A DNA stretch of 64,000 nucleotides. It comes from a bacterium (GTDB lineage Bacteria > UBA10199 > 2-02-FULL-44-16 > JAAZCA01). The notes beneath the pieces were generated by a model. The model saw only the letters and a program-made list of their open reading frames with translations. It was not told the origin of the DNA and did not search any database. This document shows, piece after piece, positions 20,580 through 30,216 of the stretch. The stretch lies in contig CAXXGI010000003.1 in NCBI GenBank assembly GCA_963674695.2, positions 64,001 through 128,000 on the forward strand, in the 5' to 3' direction. The first letter of the stretch is position 1; each line of letters starts with the position of its first letter. A program made the translations under genes and the position numbers.

Positions 20580-20673
20580 TTGTCTCACGAGAGCGATAAT
20601 TGTATAAACCCCTGTCCTATTTCATCATTTTTGTATCTCGTGCTGGACAATGAGGGGGAAGAGGATATATAAT
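20580..20673 (+). promoter_or_regulatory. Tandem sigma70-like promoters in AT-rich region upstream of the major pilin
   Basis: TTGTCT-N17-TATAAA with TG just upstream of the -10 (20580-20608); TGGACA-N18-TATAAT (20644-20673). Confidence 0.5.
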
Positions 20674-20749
20674 TACGAGAGAAAGAGGGAAAATCGTAGT
20701 GATTCTCAGTATTTATAAATAATAGCAACACTAACCACAAGGAGGGGGT

Positions 20750-21139
20750 ATGAATAGAAAGGGTTTTACATTAATCGAATTGATCCTCGTGATCGCAATC
20801 CTCGGTATTTTGGCCGTTTCAGCACTGCCGAAGTTCCTGGATCTGTCAACGAAGGCCGAGCAGGCCTCCCGTGATGGTGTCGTCGGTGCCGTGCGCTCCG
20901 GTATCGCCCTCTATCGTGCCAACGAGATGGTGACGGTTGGCGGCGGTGGCAGCTATCCTTCACAGCTCGATGATAGCGCCGATGCGAATGCCTGTTCTGG
21001 AAACTGCTTCAACACGATCCTCGCTAACGGTATCAATGATAGTAGCTGGACGCGCACCTCCTCGTCGGCCTATACGTTCAACGATGGGGCGAACGTGACG
21101 AGTTATACGTATGATTCAGCTACGGGTACTTTTGAATAA
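20750..21139 (+). CDS. Major type IV pilin, MshA-like
   Basis: Strong AAGGAGG RBS; MNRKG|FTLIELILVIAILGILAVSALPKFLDLS; own promoter and terminator; CxxxC. Confidence 0.85.
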   Translation: MNRKGFTLIELILVIAILGILAVSALPKFLDLSTKAEQASRDGVVGAVRSGIALYRANEMVTVGGGGSYPSQLDDSADANACSGNCFNTILANGINDSSWTRTSSSAYTFNDGANVTSYTYDSATGTFE

Positions 21140-21189
21140 GGGATCTATTTTTTCGCTTCGGCGGAGATTGAACTGAGATGAAAGAGTAG

Positions 21190-21230
21190 GGGAATGGGAA
21201 GCGTAGATGCCTCCCGTTCCCCTCTTTTTT
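21190..21230 (+). terminator. Intrinsic terminator after the major pilin
   Basis: GGGAATGGGAAGC / GCCTCCCGTTCCC stem followed by a T tract. Confidence 0.65.
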
Positions 21231-21270
21231 GATGTATGATAGAGGGGGATGCTGGAACCGGGGAGGGGCG

Positions 21271-21774
21271 ATGCGAAAGGGATTTACCCTGATGGAGTTC
21301 TTGCTCACGATGTGCATGCTCACGATTATCGCGTTGCTCTTCATCACCTTCACGGGGGATGTCGGCAACGTGGCCGTGGATGCCGCTTCATGGAAGATTC
21401 AATCGGACCTGCGGTATGCCCAACAGTTAGCGATGAGCATGGGGACGACGCACGGGATCGCATTTGTAAACGGTGGGGACTATACGGTCTATGAGGGGAC
21501 GGTCGCAACGCCGGTGATCGATCCGCTCAAGCGGACGGCGATGGTCGTGACCCTGAATGATTTTGGCGACGTAGCGGTGAACACCGACCTGGTGGTCGAA
21601 TTCGACGCGGTGGGTCGGCCGATGCAAGGGGGCGGCGACTTTGTCGAGGTGATCTCCAGTGGTGGGGCAGCTCGTCGCGTGTATATCACCGCCAATACCG
21701 GGGCGGTGATCGTCGATGTGCTCGATTACGGTTCGGGATGCAACTGTCAGCTTTGCATCGAGGAGGAACGATGA
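21271..21774 (+). CDS. Minor pilin 1a (MshC/FimT-like)
   Basis: KG|FTLME; IQSDLRYAQQLAM, DPL, FDAVGRP, I.ANTG; C-terminal CNCQLC. Confidence 0.75.
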   Translation: MRKGFTLMEFLLTMCMLTIIALLFITFTGDVGNVAVDAASWKIQSDLRYAQQLAMSMGTTHGIAFVNGGDYTVYEGTVATPVIDPLKRTAMVVTLNDFGDVAVNTDLVVEFDAVGRPMQGGGDFVEVISSGGAARRVYITANTGAVIVDVLDYGSGCNCQLCIEEER

Positions 21775-22190
21775 GGAGGCGCCGCAGGAGGCGAACAGGG
21801 TTTACGCTCATCGAGCTGGTGCTGACCATCGTCGTAATTTCGGTGGGCCTCTTGGGTGTGCTTGCCCTCTTTGAAAATGCGGTGCGTGGGGCAGCGCTTG
21901 CCGACATCAATGTCATCGCGGCACATCTGGCGCGAGAAAAACTCGAACAGATCGTGCACGACAAGGTGCGCTTTGGATATGCGGCGCTCGATGAGACGCT
22001 CTATCCGGCGGAGAGCTTCAGCGGTGATTTCAGTTCTTATGCGCGCTCGACGACGATCGATGAGGTTTCGAACGCCGATTTTTTGACGCCGGAGGTCGCC
22101 TCCGGATACAAGCGCGTCGAAGTGACGGTGAGTTGGGGCGCTGCAGCCAACATGCATATCACCATTCCGACGGTGTTGGCGGACTACTAG
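21771..22190 (+). CDS. Minor pilin 1b (MshD/PilV-like)
   Basis: TG|FTLIEL; LAREKLE, GYKRVEVTVSWG. Confidence 0.75.
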   Translation: MRRRRRRRTGFTLIELVLTIVVISVGLLGVLALFENAVRGAALADINVIAAHLAREKLEQIVHDKVRFGYAALDETLYPAESFSGDFSSYARSTTIDEVSNADFLTPEVASGYKRVEVTVSWGAAANMHITIPTVLADY

Positions 22191-22337
22191 GGCGTGTCCT
22201 CATTTGGTAAGGTGTCATTCCCGCGAAAGCGGGAATCTCGCTTATGAGGGGTCAATCGAGATCCCCGCTTTCGCGGGGATGACAAAAACAAAGACCCCTT
22301 TTGTTTTAAGGGGTTATGGTCAAATGATGACACGCCC
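22190..22337. mobile_element. MITE-like element, family A
   Basis: TIR GGGCGTGTCCTCATTT / AAATGATGACACGCCC flanked by TA; internal GTCATTCCCGCGAAAGCGGGAATC palindrome pair; second copy at 60354-60502. Confidence 0.85.
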
Positions 22338-22375
22338 TAGTGTGGGTGAAGCGTATGCGGGGGAGGGACGGCGGT

Positions 22376-22897
22376 ATGAAACGTAGGCGCGCAATGGGAT
22401 TTACCTTTGTCGAGACGCTCCTCGTGATCATTATGATTGGCATCTTGGGGGGCATCGCGGCGAGGGTCTTGTTGTCAGGCTTGGATATCTACGCCTTTAT
22501 CGTCAATCGAAACAACGCCTTTCACAATGCCCGCGTGGCGATGGAGCGTATGGTCGACGAGACGCTGCTCATCGATTCGGGGGATATCACCTATCTCGGC
22601 AGTACGCGGTTCGGGTTTCGCGATGTCGATGGGATCTCGACCGACTTTCGGAGTCGCACGATGAGTCGGGATGGCGTGAGCGTTCCCTGTATTTATCGGG
22701 GAGATGATTTTCTCGCGGGCAACGTCGTCAGCCTCGACTTCGACTATCTGAAGGACGATGGGTCGACGACTATTTTTTCGCCATGGGTTCGACGCATCAA
22801 TATCGATTTTACCGTCACCGCGCTCGCCGGTGCGGGCGATGTTCATCTGCGCACCGATGTCTATCCCCGGAATTTTATGTATAGTGGTTTTCAGTAG
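22376..22897 (+). CDS. Minor pilin 1c (MshO/PilW-like)
   Basis: MG|FTFVETLL; SGLDIY, ARVAMERM, LAGNV..L.F.Y, VYPRN. Confidence 0.75.
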   Translation: MKRRRAMGFTFVETLLVIIMIGILGGIAARVLLSGLDIYAFIVNRNNAFHNARVAMERMVDETLLIDSGDITYLGSTRFGFRDVDGISTDFRSRTMSRDGVSVPCIYRGDDFLAGNVVSLDFDYLKDDGSTTIFSPWVRRINIDFTVTALAGAGDVHLRTDVYPRNFMYSGFQ

Positions 22898-22907
22898 GGG
22901 GCTTTCC

Positions 22908-23639
22908 ATGGGTCGGTGGTGTGTAAGGATCGTTTCGAGCTTGAGGTCGAATCGTCGCGGTGTTTCCATCATCGGGACGGTGTTCACGCTCATCATCCTC
23001 GGCGTTATGGGGGCGGCGCTCGTGGCGATCGTCGCGATGGATCAGGAATCGCGCATGGTGAGTATTCGCCGTGAGCGGGCGTTCTATGCCGTTCAGGCGG
23101 GGTTGGAGTATGCCCTGCGGGAGATCAAGGAGGGGGGGTATCCGATCGTGGCGAACACGGCCATCGGTGAGGCGAGCTTTACGACGACCATCGATGCGGG
23201 GGCGCATCGGATCACCGTGGTCGGCGCGGAGGGCACCAACCGTCGCACGCATTCGATTACCACGAGTCTCCTGGCAGGAGATTGTGCTGCCATCGATGTT
23301 TCGGGGGCGTCGGTAGGGGGGATTGGGAACGACGAGGTGCAGAACATTCTCATCACCCAGAGCTGTCTGAATGCGGTTCGCCTTGAATCGATGACGCTCT
23401 CCTGGGTCTCGGATGTGGGCGAGCGGCTTCGTCGGGTGCAGATCGATGGGATCAATGTCTATGACGATCCGTTCGGCATCGCTTCCGGCGAGACGGTCGA
23501 CGTGGAGGATGTTCGCATCGTCGGCGCAGCGACGATCAATGCGATCGAATTCTCTTCCTCCGTTACGGGAAAGACGGTGAGCATAACGCTGACGTTCACC
23601 GATGCGAGCGAAGTTATTCAGGCGGGGGTATCAATCTAA
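22908..23639 (+). CDS. Minor pilin 1d (MshP/PilX-like) with one C-terminal Cys-pair beta domain
   Basis: RRG|VSIIG (no Glu5); AFYAVQAGLEYAL; C-terminal domain similar to the repeats in 25187-26710. Confidence 0.7.
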   Translation: MGRWCVRIVSSLRSNRRGVSIIGTVFTLIILGVMGAALVAIVAMDQESRMVSIRRERAFYAVQAGLEYALREIKEGGYPIVANTAIGEASFTTTIDAGAHRITVVGAEGTNRRTHSITTSLLAGDCAAIDVSGASVGGIGNDEVQNILITQSCLNAVRLESMTLSWVSDVGERLRRVQIDGINVYDDPFGIASGETVDVEDVRIVGAATINAIEFSSSVTGKTVSITLTFTDASEVIQAGVSI

Positions 23640-23705
23640 AGTATTGTTTTTATAGGTAGTATTTGCTATGACGGTGTGGAGGAAAGATGGTATCATGAAG
23701 GGGCC

Positions 23706-24170
23706 ATGGTGCAGAAACGTAGGGACAGTCGGTTGGGGAAGGCCGGATTTACGCTGGTCGAGTTGATCGCCGTCATGGTGATCATCGCGGCGCTGATGAC
23801 GGCGGCGATGGCGCGAATAGATAATTCAGCCGGATCGCTCGATGCGGTTGCCAACGTGATTCGTTCAAATATTCAGCTTGCCCAGGATCTCTCCATGACC
23901 CAGGACGCCGTCTTTGGTTTCGAGTCGATCTCGGCGTCCGATTATCGCATCTTCGATGGCGCGCCGGGGACGCCGGCCCGTGATCCGCTCACCGGCGGTG
24001 ATTTCGAGGTGACGATTTCACCGGTCGCCTTCGTGGGCGTCGTACCGACGATCACCTTCACGAACGGCATTCCGAGCAATGGGGCGTTGGCGACGATCAC
24101 CGTGCAGGAGGCTTCTATTCAGCGGCAGATTACAGTGACGCCCAACACGGGTTTTGTGCAGATCCCATAG
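23706..24170 (+). CDS. Minor pilin 2a (MshC/FimT-like)
   Basis: AG|FTLVEL; IRSNIQLAQDLSM, DPL, V.PNTG; paralog of 1a. Confidence 0.75.
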   Translation: MVQKRRDSRLGKAGFTLVELIAVMVIIAALMTAAMARIDNSAGSLDAVANVIRSNIQLAQDLSMTQDAVFGFESISASDYRIFDGAPGTPARDPLTGGDFEVTISPVAFVGVVPTITFTNGIPSNGALATITVQEASIQRQITVTPNTGFVQIP

Positions 24171-24194
24171 TCGGTGGGATGAAGGGGTGTATCC

Positions 24195-24650
24195 ATGCGA
24201 CTTCGACGGAGACAGGGTTTTTCGCTGATCGAGGCGTTGCTCATCCTCATCGTCATGTCGATCGCCTTCTTGGGTTTTGGCTATCTCTATGGCAATGTTA
24301 CGCAGGAGGCGCTCAAGGCGGATCTCACCGTTTTGGCGACGAAGCTCGGTCGTGAGAAGATGGAGGGGATCATTCAGACCAAGGCCGACTCCGGATATGG
24401 GGCGGTCTCCTCCGAGTCCTCTACGTCGGTGAGCAGCGGGACTTGGTCGTTCGATCGCGAGGTGGTCGTGACCTATGTCAATCCCGCCGATTTTTCCACG
24501 GCGGGAAGCGATACGGGATATAAGAAGGTGGAGGTGACGGTTTCTTGGGGGGCGGGCGTGGGGGATACCGTGACGATCACCTCGCTGGTAACCGACATGG
24601 TGCCGAGCGCGGTGACCGGCGGCGGCGGGGGGTTCCCCCCCTGTCCGTGA
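24195..24650 (+). CDS. Minor pilin 2b (MshD/PilV-like)
   Basis: QG|FSLIE; LGREKME, GYKKVEVTVSWG; paralog of 1b. Confidence 0.75.
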   Translation: MRLRRRQGFSLIEALLILIVMSIAFLGFGYLYGNVTQEALKADLTVLATKLGREKMEGIIQTKADSGYGAVSSESSTSVSSGTWSFDREVVVTYVNPADFSTAGSDTGYKKVEVTVSWGAGVGDTVTITSLVTDMVPSAVTGGGGGFPPCP

Positions 24651-24675
24651 TATCGTCGAAGGAGGATGGGCGCGG

Positions 24676-25209
24676 ATGAAAGGCAGCGGATACAGCGCGA
24701 TCGGACGGCGAGCCTTTACGCTCGTCGAGTCGATCCTCGCGATCATCATCATCAGTGCCATGGCACTGGTGACGGGCGATATCCTCATGAGTGGCATGGA
24801 TACCTATGCGCTCGTCGTCGAGCGCCGAGAGGCGTTGCAACAGGCACGGCTTGCCACCAACTTTATGACGAACGAGTTGCAGACGATCGCCGATCCGGCC
24901 ACCGATATCAGCAGCATCGGTGCAACTTCGATCACCTTCACGCCCGCAGGGGGTGGGGGGCCGGTGACCTATTCGGTGAGCGGTTCAAATCTGATGCGCG
25001 GGGCCGATATCCTGGCGACGAACATTGGGGGGGCGACCCAGTTTCTGTATTTTACCACCGGTGGGGCGGCGACGAGTAACCCGACGCAGGTCTATCGGAT
25101 CGATCTCACCGTGCAGATCGATGCCAACGATCCCAAATTTGATTCGGTGACGATCAAGAACGGCATCTATCTCCGGAACCGATACTATGATCAGTTTACG
25201 CAGACATAG
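24676..25209 (+). CDS. Minor pilin 2c (MshO/PilW-like)
   Basis: RA|FTLVES; SGMDTY, ARLATNFM, LATNI..F.Y, IYLRN; paralog of 1c. Confidence 0.75.
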   Translation: MKGSGYSAIGRRAFTLVESILAIIIISAMALVTGDILMSGMDTYALVVERREALQQARLATNFMTNELQTIADPATDISSIGATSITFTPAGGGGPVTYSVSGSNLMRGADILATNIGGATQFLYFTTGGAATSNPTQVYRIDLTVQIDANDPKFDSVTIKNGIYLRNRYYDQFTQT

Positions 25210-26710
25210 ACAGTCTCTTTCGGCGGGGCGGACGGCACGCGAGCGCGGCGTGGGCATCGTGGCCGTGCTGCTCGTCATCGCCGTCCTGGGAATCCTGGGA
25301 GGCGTCATCACCACACTCGTCGCTGCGGGCGCGGTGAGCAAGACCAACGACATGGTCCGCGAGCAGTCCTGGGAGCTGGGTACGGCCGGGTTGGAGTATG
25401 CCCTCAAGCGCATCGACGACGGCTTCGACCCGGACGGCGACATGCGTGATCTGGGCGCGGGGCAATTTACCGTGGGGTATGCGCCCACCGGTGTGATCAC
25501 CATCGCCACGGACGTGAGTGCCATGGAGGGGAGTTCGAGTCCAAGCTTCACCATCCAGGGGCCAACCCCGGGCGGCACGATGGCCGACTGCCTCACCGTC
25601 GATGTCTCCGGAACGTATCAGCACGACCAGTGGTGGCCCGACGAGATCCGCGGCACGGTATTGCAGAATACCTGCAATGCCCAGATCACGATTTCGGAGA
25701 TGACCGTGAGCTGGACGCCGACGAGTACGGATCACGTGACACGCATTCGCATCGCCAACAGCAACGTCTATAACAACTGGCCGGGGACGCTCCCGGGCGT
25801 GCCGATCGACATCACCGATCGCACCATCAACGCCTGTAGCTCGCAGAATCTCACCTACATCCGTTTCGATACGGAACTGCCGGACAAGAACTTCACCATC
25901 ACCTTCACGATGAGTGATGGTTCGGTCAAGACCAGATTCCTCCAGTTTATCGTCGGAAACGAATCCGCTTGCCTCACGGTCGACCTCTCTCCTTCTTATA
26001 TCGGCGGCAGCGGATATGTCGATATGCGCGAGGGGGAGCTGACCAATTCCTGTGCCGCGCCCACGGTGATCGGGGTGGAGGGGATGATCGTCGAGTGGAC
26101 GCCCACCTCTCCCTCGCGGCATCTTACCGGAATCCGTATGGACGATTGGATGTGGTCGGGGTGGGCATCCAGCGGCACTTCGGTCAGTTTCTGGGGGCCG
26201 GTCCTGATCGATGCAGGTGCGAGCCAGCGCCAGCGTTTCCTCGAGTTCGATACCGATATGCGCGGGTATAATTATCCGGCCATTACCTACATCATGCGCG
26301 ACAGCACGCAGCATACGGTCTCCAAGAATTTCTATGCCGCCAACATGGCCTCCTGCCTCGTGGTGGGAACCGGCTCCACCTACTGGAGTAACGGCAATCG
26401 GCGGCTTCGAGCGGAGACGTTCCAGAACACCTGTGCGCTGGGGATCGTGATCGAACGGATTCAGAGCACCTGGAGCGGAGCCCCGGGGACTCGTTATCTG
26501 CAGCAGATTCGCATCGGGGGAAGCAACGTCTATAGCGGGTGGGCGGGTTCCGGCACGAACGTCGACATCGACAATGTTGAGGTTCCTGGCGGGAGCACGA
26601 TCACCGTCGATCGCTATGTGTTCAGCGGGAGTATGTCGGGGGCGACGGTCAGCCATGTCATGACGATGCTGGATGGCACGACCGTTTCCGTTCCTTCATT
26701 CACCCCCTGA
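25187..26710 (+). CDS. Minor pilin 2d (MshP/PilX-like) with three tandem ~120 aa Cys-pair domains; candidate tip adhesin
   Basis: ERG|VGIVA; AGLEYAL; three repeats starting MADCL / ESACL / MASCL, each with N(T/S)C, W, IRI/IRM, F and (S/R/L)D(G/S). Confidence 0.75.
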   Translation: MISLRRHRQSLSAGRTARERGVGIVAVLLVIAVLGILGGVITTLVAAGAVSKTNDMVREQSWELGTAGLEYALKRIDDGFDPDGDMRDLGAGQFTVGYAPTGVITIATDVSAMEGSSSPSFTIQGPTPGGTMADCLTVDVSGTYQHDQWWPDEIRGTVLQNTCNAQITISEMTVSWTPTSTDHVTRIRIANSNVYNNWPGTLPGVPIDITDRTINACSSQNLTYIRFDTELPDKNFTITFTMSDGSVKTRFLQFIVGNESACLTVDLSPSYIGGSGYVDMREGELTNSCAAPTVIGVEGMIVEWTPTSPSRHLTGIRMDDWMWSGWASSGTSVSFWGPVLIDAGASQRQRFLEFDTDMRGYNYPAITYIMRDSTQHTVSKNFYAANMASCLVVGTGSTYWSNGNRRLRAETFQNTCALGIVIERIQSTWSGAPGTRYLQQIRIGGSNVYSGWAGSGTNVDIDNVEVPGGSTITVDRYVFSGSMSGATVSHVMTMLDGTTVSVPSFTP

Positions 26711-26839
26711 TTCAGGGGGATAGTCTTGGATGCCCTCGGTCTTTCTTCAGGGGCATCAATCTAATCGCTTGAATTCGCTCAACATTTCTTTTGCCATCCG
26801 AAGAGGGACGCGGTATACTTCTCCAAACGCGGGGGAGCT

Positions 26840-27697
26840 ATGTATCTGGAATTCTTCGGGCTTTCTGAAAGGCCCTTCTCCATCACGCCGGATATCGCCT
26901 ACCTCTATCTGGGCAAGCAGCATGAGGAGGCGCTGGCGACGATCACCTATGGCATCACCGAGCGCTTAGGGATCAGCTTGCTCACGGGTGAGGTCGGCTC
27001 GGGCAAGACGACGCTCTCGCGGGCGTTGCTCGCACGCTTGGACGACTCCGTCGTCACGGCGATGCTCGTCAATCCGCTCCTGTCCGTTCCGGAACTCCTC
27101 AAGATGATCACGAAGGATTTCGGCATCGCCTGTCGCTTTACGTCGCCGCAGAAACAACTCGATGCCCTCAATCGCTTTCTGTTGCATCAGGCCAAGACCG
27201 GGGGAAACGCGCTCCTCGTGATCGATGAGGCGCAGAACCTCTCCATCGAGGCGCTCGAAGCGTTGCGCATGCTCACCAATCTTGAAACGGACAAGCAGAA
27301 GTTGCTGCAGATCTTGCTCGTCGGCCAGCCCGAACTGCTCAAAAAAATCGGCACGAATGAATTGCGGCAGCTCGAGCAGCGCATCACGACGCGCTACCAT
27401 CTGCGTCCGCTCTCCCAGGTGGAGATGATGCGTTATATCAACCACCGTATCTGCATCGCCGGCGGCGGGGGAAAGGTCTTCTTCGATCCGAAGGCATACC
27501 GAACGCTCTTCAAACAGACGAAGGGATATCCTCGGCTTATCAACCTGCTCTGCGATCGAGCCCTGATGGCGGCATACTTGCGCGAACAGTATGTGATCGA
27601 CCATGATGCCGTTCGCGCAGCGATTGCCGATTGGAAAGGGCAGTCGGCGCCGACGTCTCGATGGGGGGTTCTCAAGCGGTTGGTCTTTTCATCCTGA
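26840..27697 (+). CDS. ExeA/MshM family AAA ATPase
   Basis: MYLEFFGL.ERPFSITPD, GEVGSGKTT, IDEAQNL, VGQPEL, GYPRLIN.LCDRAL. Confidence 0.9.
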   Translation: MYLEFFGLSERPFSITPDIAYLYLGKQHEEALATITYGITERLGISLLTGEVGSGKTTLSRALLARLDDSVVTAMLVNPLLSVPELLKMITKDFGIACRFTSPQKQLDALNRFLLHQAKTGGNALLVIDEAQNLSIEALEALRMLTNLETDKQKLLQILLVGQPELLKKIGTNELRQLEQRITTRYHLRPLSQVEMMRYINHRICIAGGGGKVFFDPKAYRTLFKQTKGYPRLINLLCDRALMAAYLREQYVIDHDAVRAAIADWKGQSAPTSRWGVLKRLVFSS

Positions 27698-27768
27698 ACT
27701 GGTTCTTGGTTCGATAGTTCTCGGTTTTAGGGTTTTGAACTTCGGATTTGGTCTTATAGGGGGGATTT

Positions 27769-28509
27769 GTGTCGCTCATTCATGATGCCTTGAAGAAGGT
27801 GGAGGAGAAAAAGGAGAGCGCGCCTCCGGCGTCGAAGGCGCCGCTTGGCCCCGGGCTCACGTCGTTCAAAGAGCCGGTCATCAAGCCCTCACGAAAGATG
27901 CCGACGCGTACCGTGTTGTTGGGAACGGGCGTTGCGGTTGCGATCGGTATTTTTGTCTACATCACATTCTTTTCGAAAGGAACGGCAACAGCGCCGGTGC
28001 CACAACTCCCCGTTGCGCAAGCGCCTCAGTATACGAAGGCTGATGTGGGCCAACTCAAAAAGCGCGCGCTCGATGCGGCACGGACCGGTGATATGGCGGT
28101 GGCCTGGACGCAGATTTCGGCGGCCAGCGGAGTGGCTCCGGATGATCCGGAGGTTTGGAACAACCTGGGCTATGTCGCCGCCAAACGGGGCGATAATGTC
28201 AAGGCGAGACAAGCCTATCAAAAGGCGCTCGAACTCAAACCCGACTATCCCGAGGCGCTCAACAATCTCGGCGTTCTGGAAATGGATTCTGGGGATATGG
28301 TCAAGGCCAAGGAGTTGTTCGAGAAGGCGGTGGGTATTACACCGGCATATCCAGAGGCGAACTTTCATCTGGGTTTGCTCTACGAGCGATCGGGGAATAA
28401 GCAAAAGGCGGCTGAGTATTATCGTCGCTTCCTTGAAGTGGGCGGTGATTTTCAAAGCAGCGTCATCGATCAGGTGCGCAATCACATCATGGAGTTGGAG
28501 CGTCAATGA
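27769..28509 (+). CDS. Membrane-anchored TPR protein (MshN-like)
   Basis: SLIHDALKK N-terminus, TM, several NNLG..A..Y..AL TPR repeats. Confidence 0.8.
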   Translation: MSLIHDALKKVEEKKESAPPASKAPLGPGLTSFKEPVIKPSRKMPTRTVLLGTGVAVAIGIFVYITFFSKGTATAPVPQLPVAQAPQYTKADVGQLKKRALDAARTGDMAVAWTQISAASGVAPDDPEVWNNLGYVAAKRGDNVKARQAYQKALELKPDYPEALNNLGVLEMDSGDMVKAKELFEKAVGITPAYPEANFHLGLLYERSGNKQKAAEYYRRFLEVGGDFQSSVIDQVRNHIMELERQ

Positions 28510-29609
28510 AGGTGAAGGATTTTGATCCGAGAGCGATTTGGGGTCGCTTGGTGCAACACCGTGAGCGCCTTGGGGTAGAGTTGTGCGGTTCGTCCGTTCG
28601 CATTGTTCGCATACAGCGGTCGGGGGAGCTGGGCTGGAGCCTACAAACATATGGAGAGTTGGACATCGATCTGCGCAAGGCGGGCGGGATGGATCGTCAA
28701 CGGTTCAAGGCAGCGGTTCGGCAGCTCGGCTCTGGGCTCACGCGCGTTGCGGTCAACCTCGACGCGCCGACGCTGCGGGTACGGCGCATGGCATTCGCGA
28801 AAATGCCGGAGCGAGATCTGTTGCAAGCCATCCGCTGGAACTTTCGGGAACATGTCGAGGTTCCCATCGAGCAGTATACCGTCTGCTATACACCGCTCGA
28901 TGAGGATTTAGAGGAGAATAAGATTTCGGTGATGGCCTACGGTGTGGCCAGCGAGACCATCGGCGAGTATGCTGAATTGACACGGGCTTTAGGGCTCAAA
29001 CTCGTTTCGCTTGAACCGGTGGCGACAGCACTTTTGGCGGCGATGCACGCCAATGGCATTTTGGAAGATGGGCGGGTGCATGTTTGTATCGCGTTTGGAA
29101 ACGATGTGACGCATTTTCTCGTCATGCGAAATGATGTCGTGCTCTTTTCCCGCCCGCTCGGCGGCTTTTCGCACGAGGCGCTCATTAAACTCATTCAGCG
29201 CAATCTCAACCTCACCGAGCCCGAGGTGCTCGCTGCACTTTCTGATTGGATGAGCGCTGTTCCCGGAGAGACTTCGATTGAGGCGGAGGATCGAGACCAG
29301 GGCGGGGAGCAGCTCTCCCATCGCATCGATATGACCATCGGACATTTTTTCAGCCATCTGGTTATCGAGGTGCAGCGTTCGATCGATGCATTTTGCATCA
29401 TGTACAACGTGGATCGAGTGGATGCGATTCATACCTGCGGGATTGGTGTCTATTATCCGGGCCTCGTGGCCCATGTGCACAAATCATTAGGGGTTGAGAC
29501 CTCGGTTTTCAACCCATTCGATCGGCTGGTGGAGACGGAGCGGATGACAGAAGAAGCTCGCCATCAAGCTCCATTGTACGCGGTCTCGGTGGGATTGGCC
29601 CTACCATGA
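28506..29609 (+). CDS. PilM-like alignment protein
   Basis: LGVEL..SSVRIV, AIRW, EVQRSID.F, FNPF, YAVSVGLAL. Confidence 0.75.
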   Translation: MKVKDFDPRAIWGRLVQHRERLGVELCGSSVRIVRIQRSGELGWSLQTYGELDIDLRKAGGMDRQRFKAAVRQLGSGLTRVAVNLDAPTLRVRRMAFAKMPERDLLQAIRWNFREHVEVPIEQYTVCYTPLDEDLEENKISVMAYGVASETIGEYAELTRALGLKLVSLEPVATALLAAMHANGILEDGRVHVCIAFGNDVTHFLVMRNDVVLFSRPLGGFSHEALIKLIQRNLNLTEPEVLAALSDWMSAVPGETSIEAEDRDQGGEQLSHRIDMTIGHFFSHLVIEVQRSIDAFCIMYNVDRVDAIHTCGIGVYYPGLVAHVHKSLGVETSVFNPFDRLVETERMTEEARHQAPLYAVSVGLALP

Positions 29610-29619
29610 GGAGCAGAAT

Positions 29620-30216
29620 GTGAAGGGGACGACGACGACAGTCAGACGGGTCAATTTTCTCCAGCAGGAGCGGCATGGCCTGAACTATAAGAATATGGTC
29701 TTTCTCCTGATCGGTTGGTGTTTGTTGCTGGCGCTGGCCTACGGGGCGCAATTAGGGCGACAGCATCTCGTCGTTCGTGAGATACGCGCCGAGCGTGAGG
29801 TTATTGCAAAGCTGGACGAAGAGAAGGATCAGCACCTGGAAAAAGCAGCGCAGTACTATCGAAGGCGGTTGGGGGGAACGAGCCACTCGGATCTGCAGGC
29901 CATTTTGGAGAATCGTCCGAGCTGGTCGCATGTCTTGCGGGAATTGACGCAACAGCTTCCCGGGCAGGTGTGGTTGGATTCCGTGAAAATTATGCTGCAT
30001 GCGAGTGAGGGGTTTCTCATCGAGATTACAGGGAAAGCCAAGTCGCAGCGGCGTATTACCAATTTTCTTATGCAGCTAGAATCCAGCGGCATGTTTGTCG
30101 ACACGGAGCTGGATAATACCGTTCGCGGAAAGGGTGGGACCGACGATATCTGGGTTTTTCGTTTGACGACGCATCCGGTGATGACCGATTTTGTTGTGCG
30201 GAGTGAAAAAAAATGA
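29620..30216 (+). CDS. PilN-like protein
   Basis: RVNFL, TM, coiled coil, WS.VL.EL...LP..VWL, ITGKA. Confidence 0.75.
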   Translation: MKGTTTTVRRVNFLQQERHGLNYKNMVFLLIGWCLLLALAYGAQLGRQHLVVREIRAEREVIAKLDEEKDQHLEKAAQYYRRRLGGTSHSDLQAILENRPSWSHVLRELTQQLPGQVWLDSVKIMLHASEGFLIEITGKAKSQRRITNFLMQLESSGMFVDTELDNTVRGKGGTDDIWVFRLTTHPVMTDFVVRSEKK

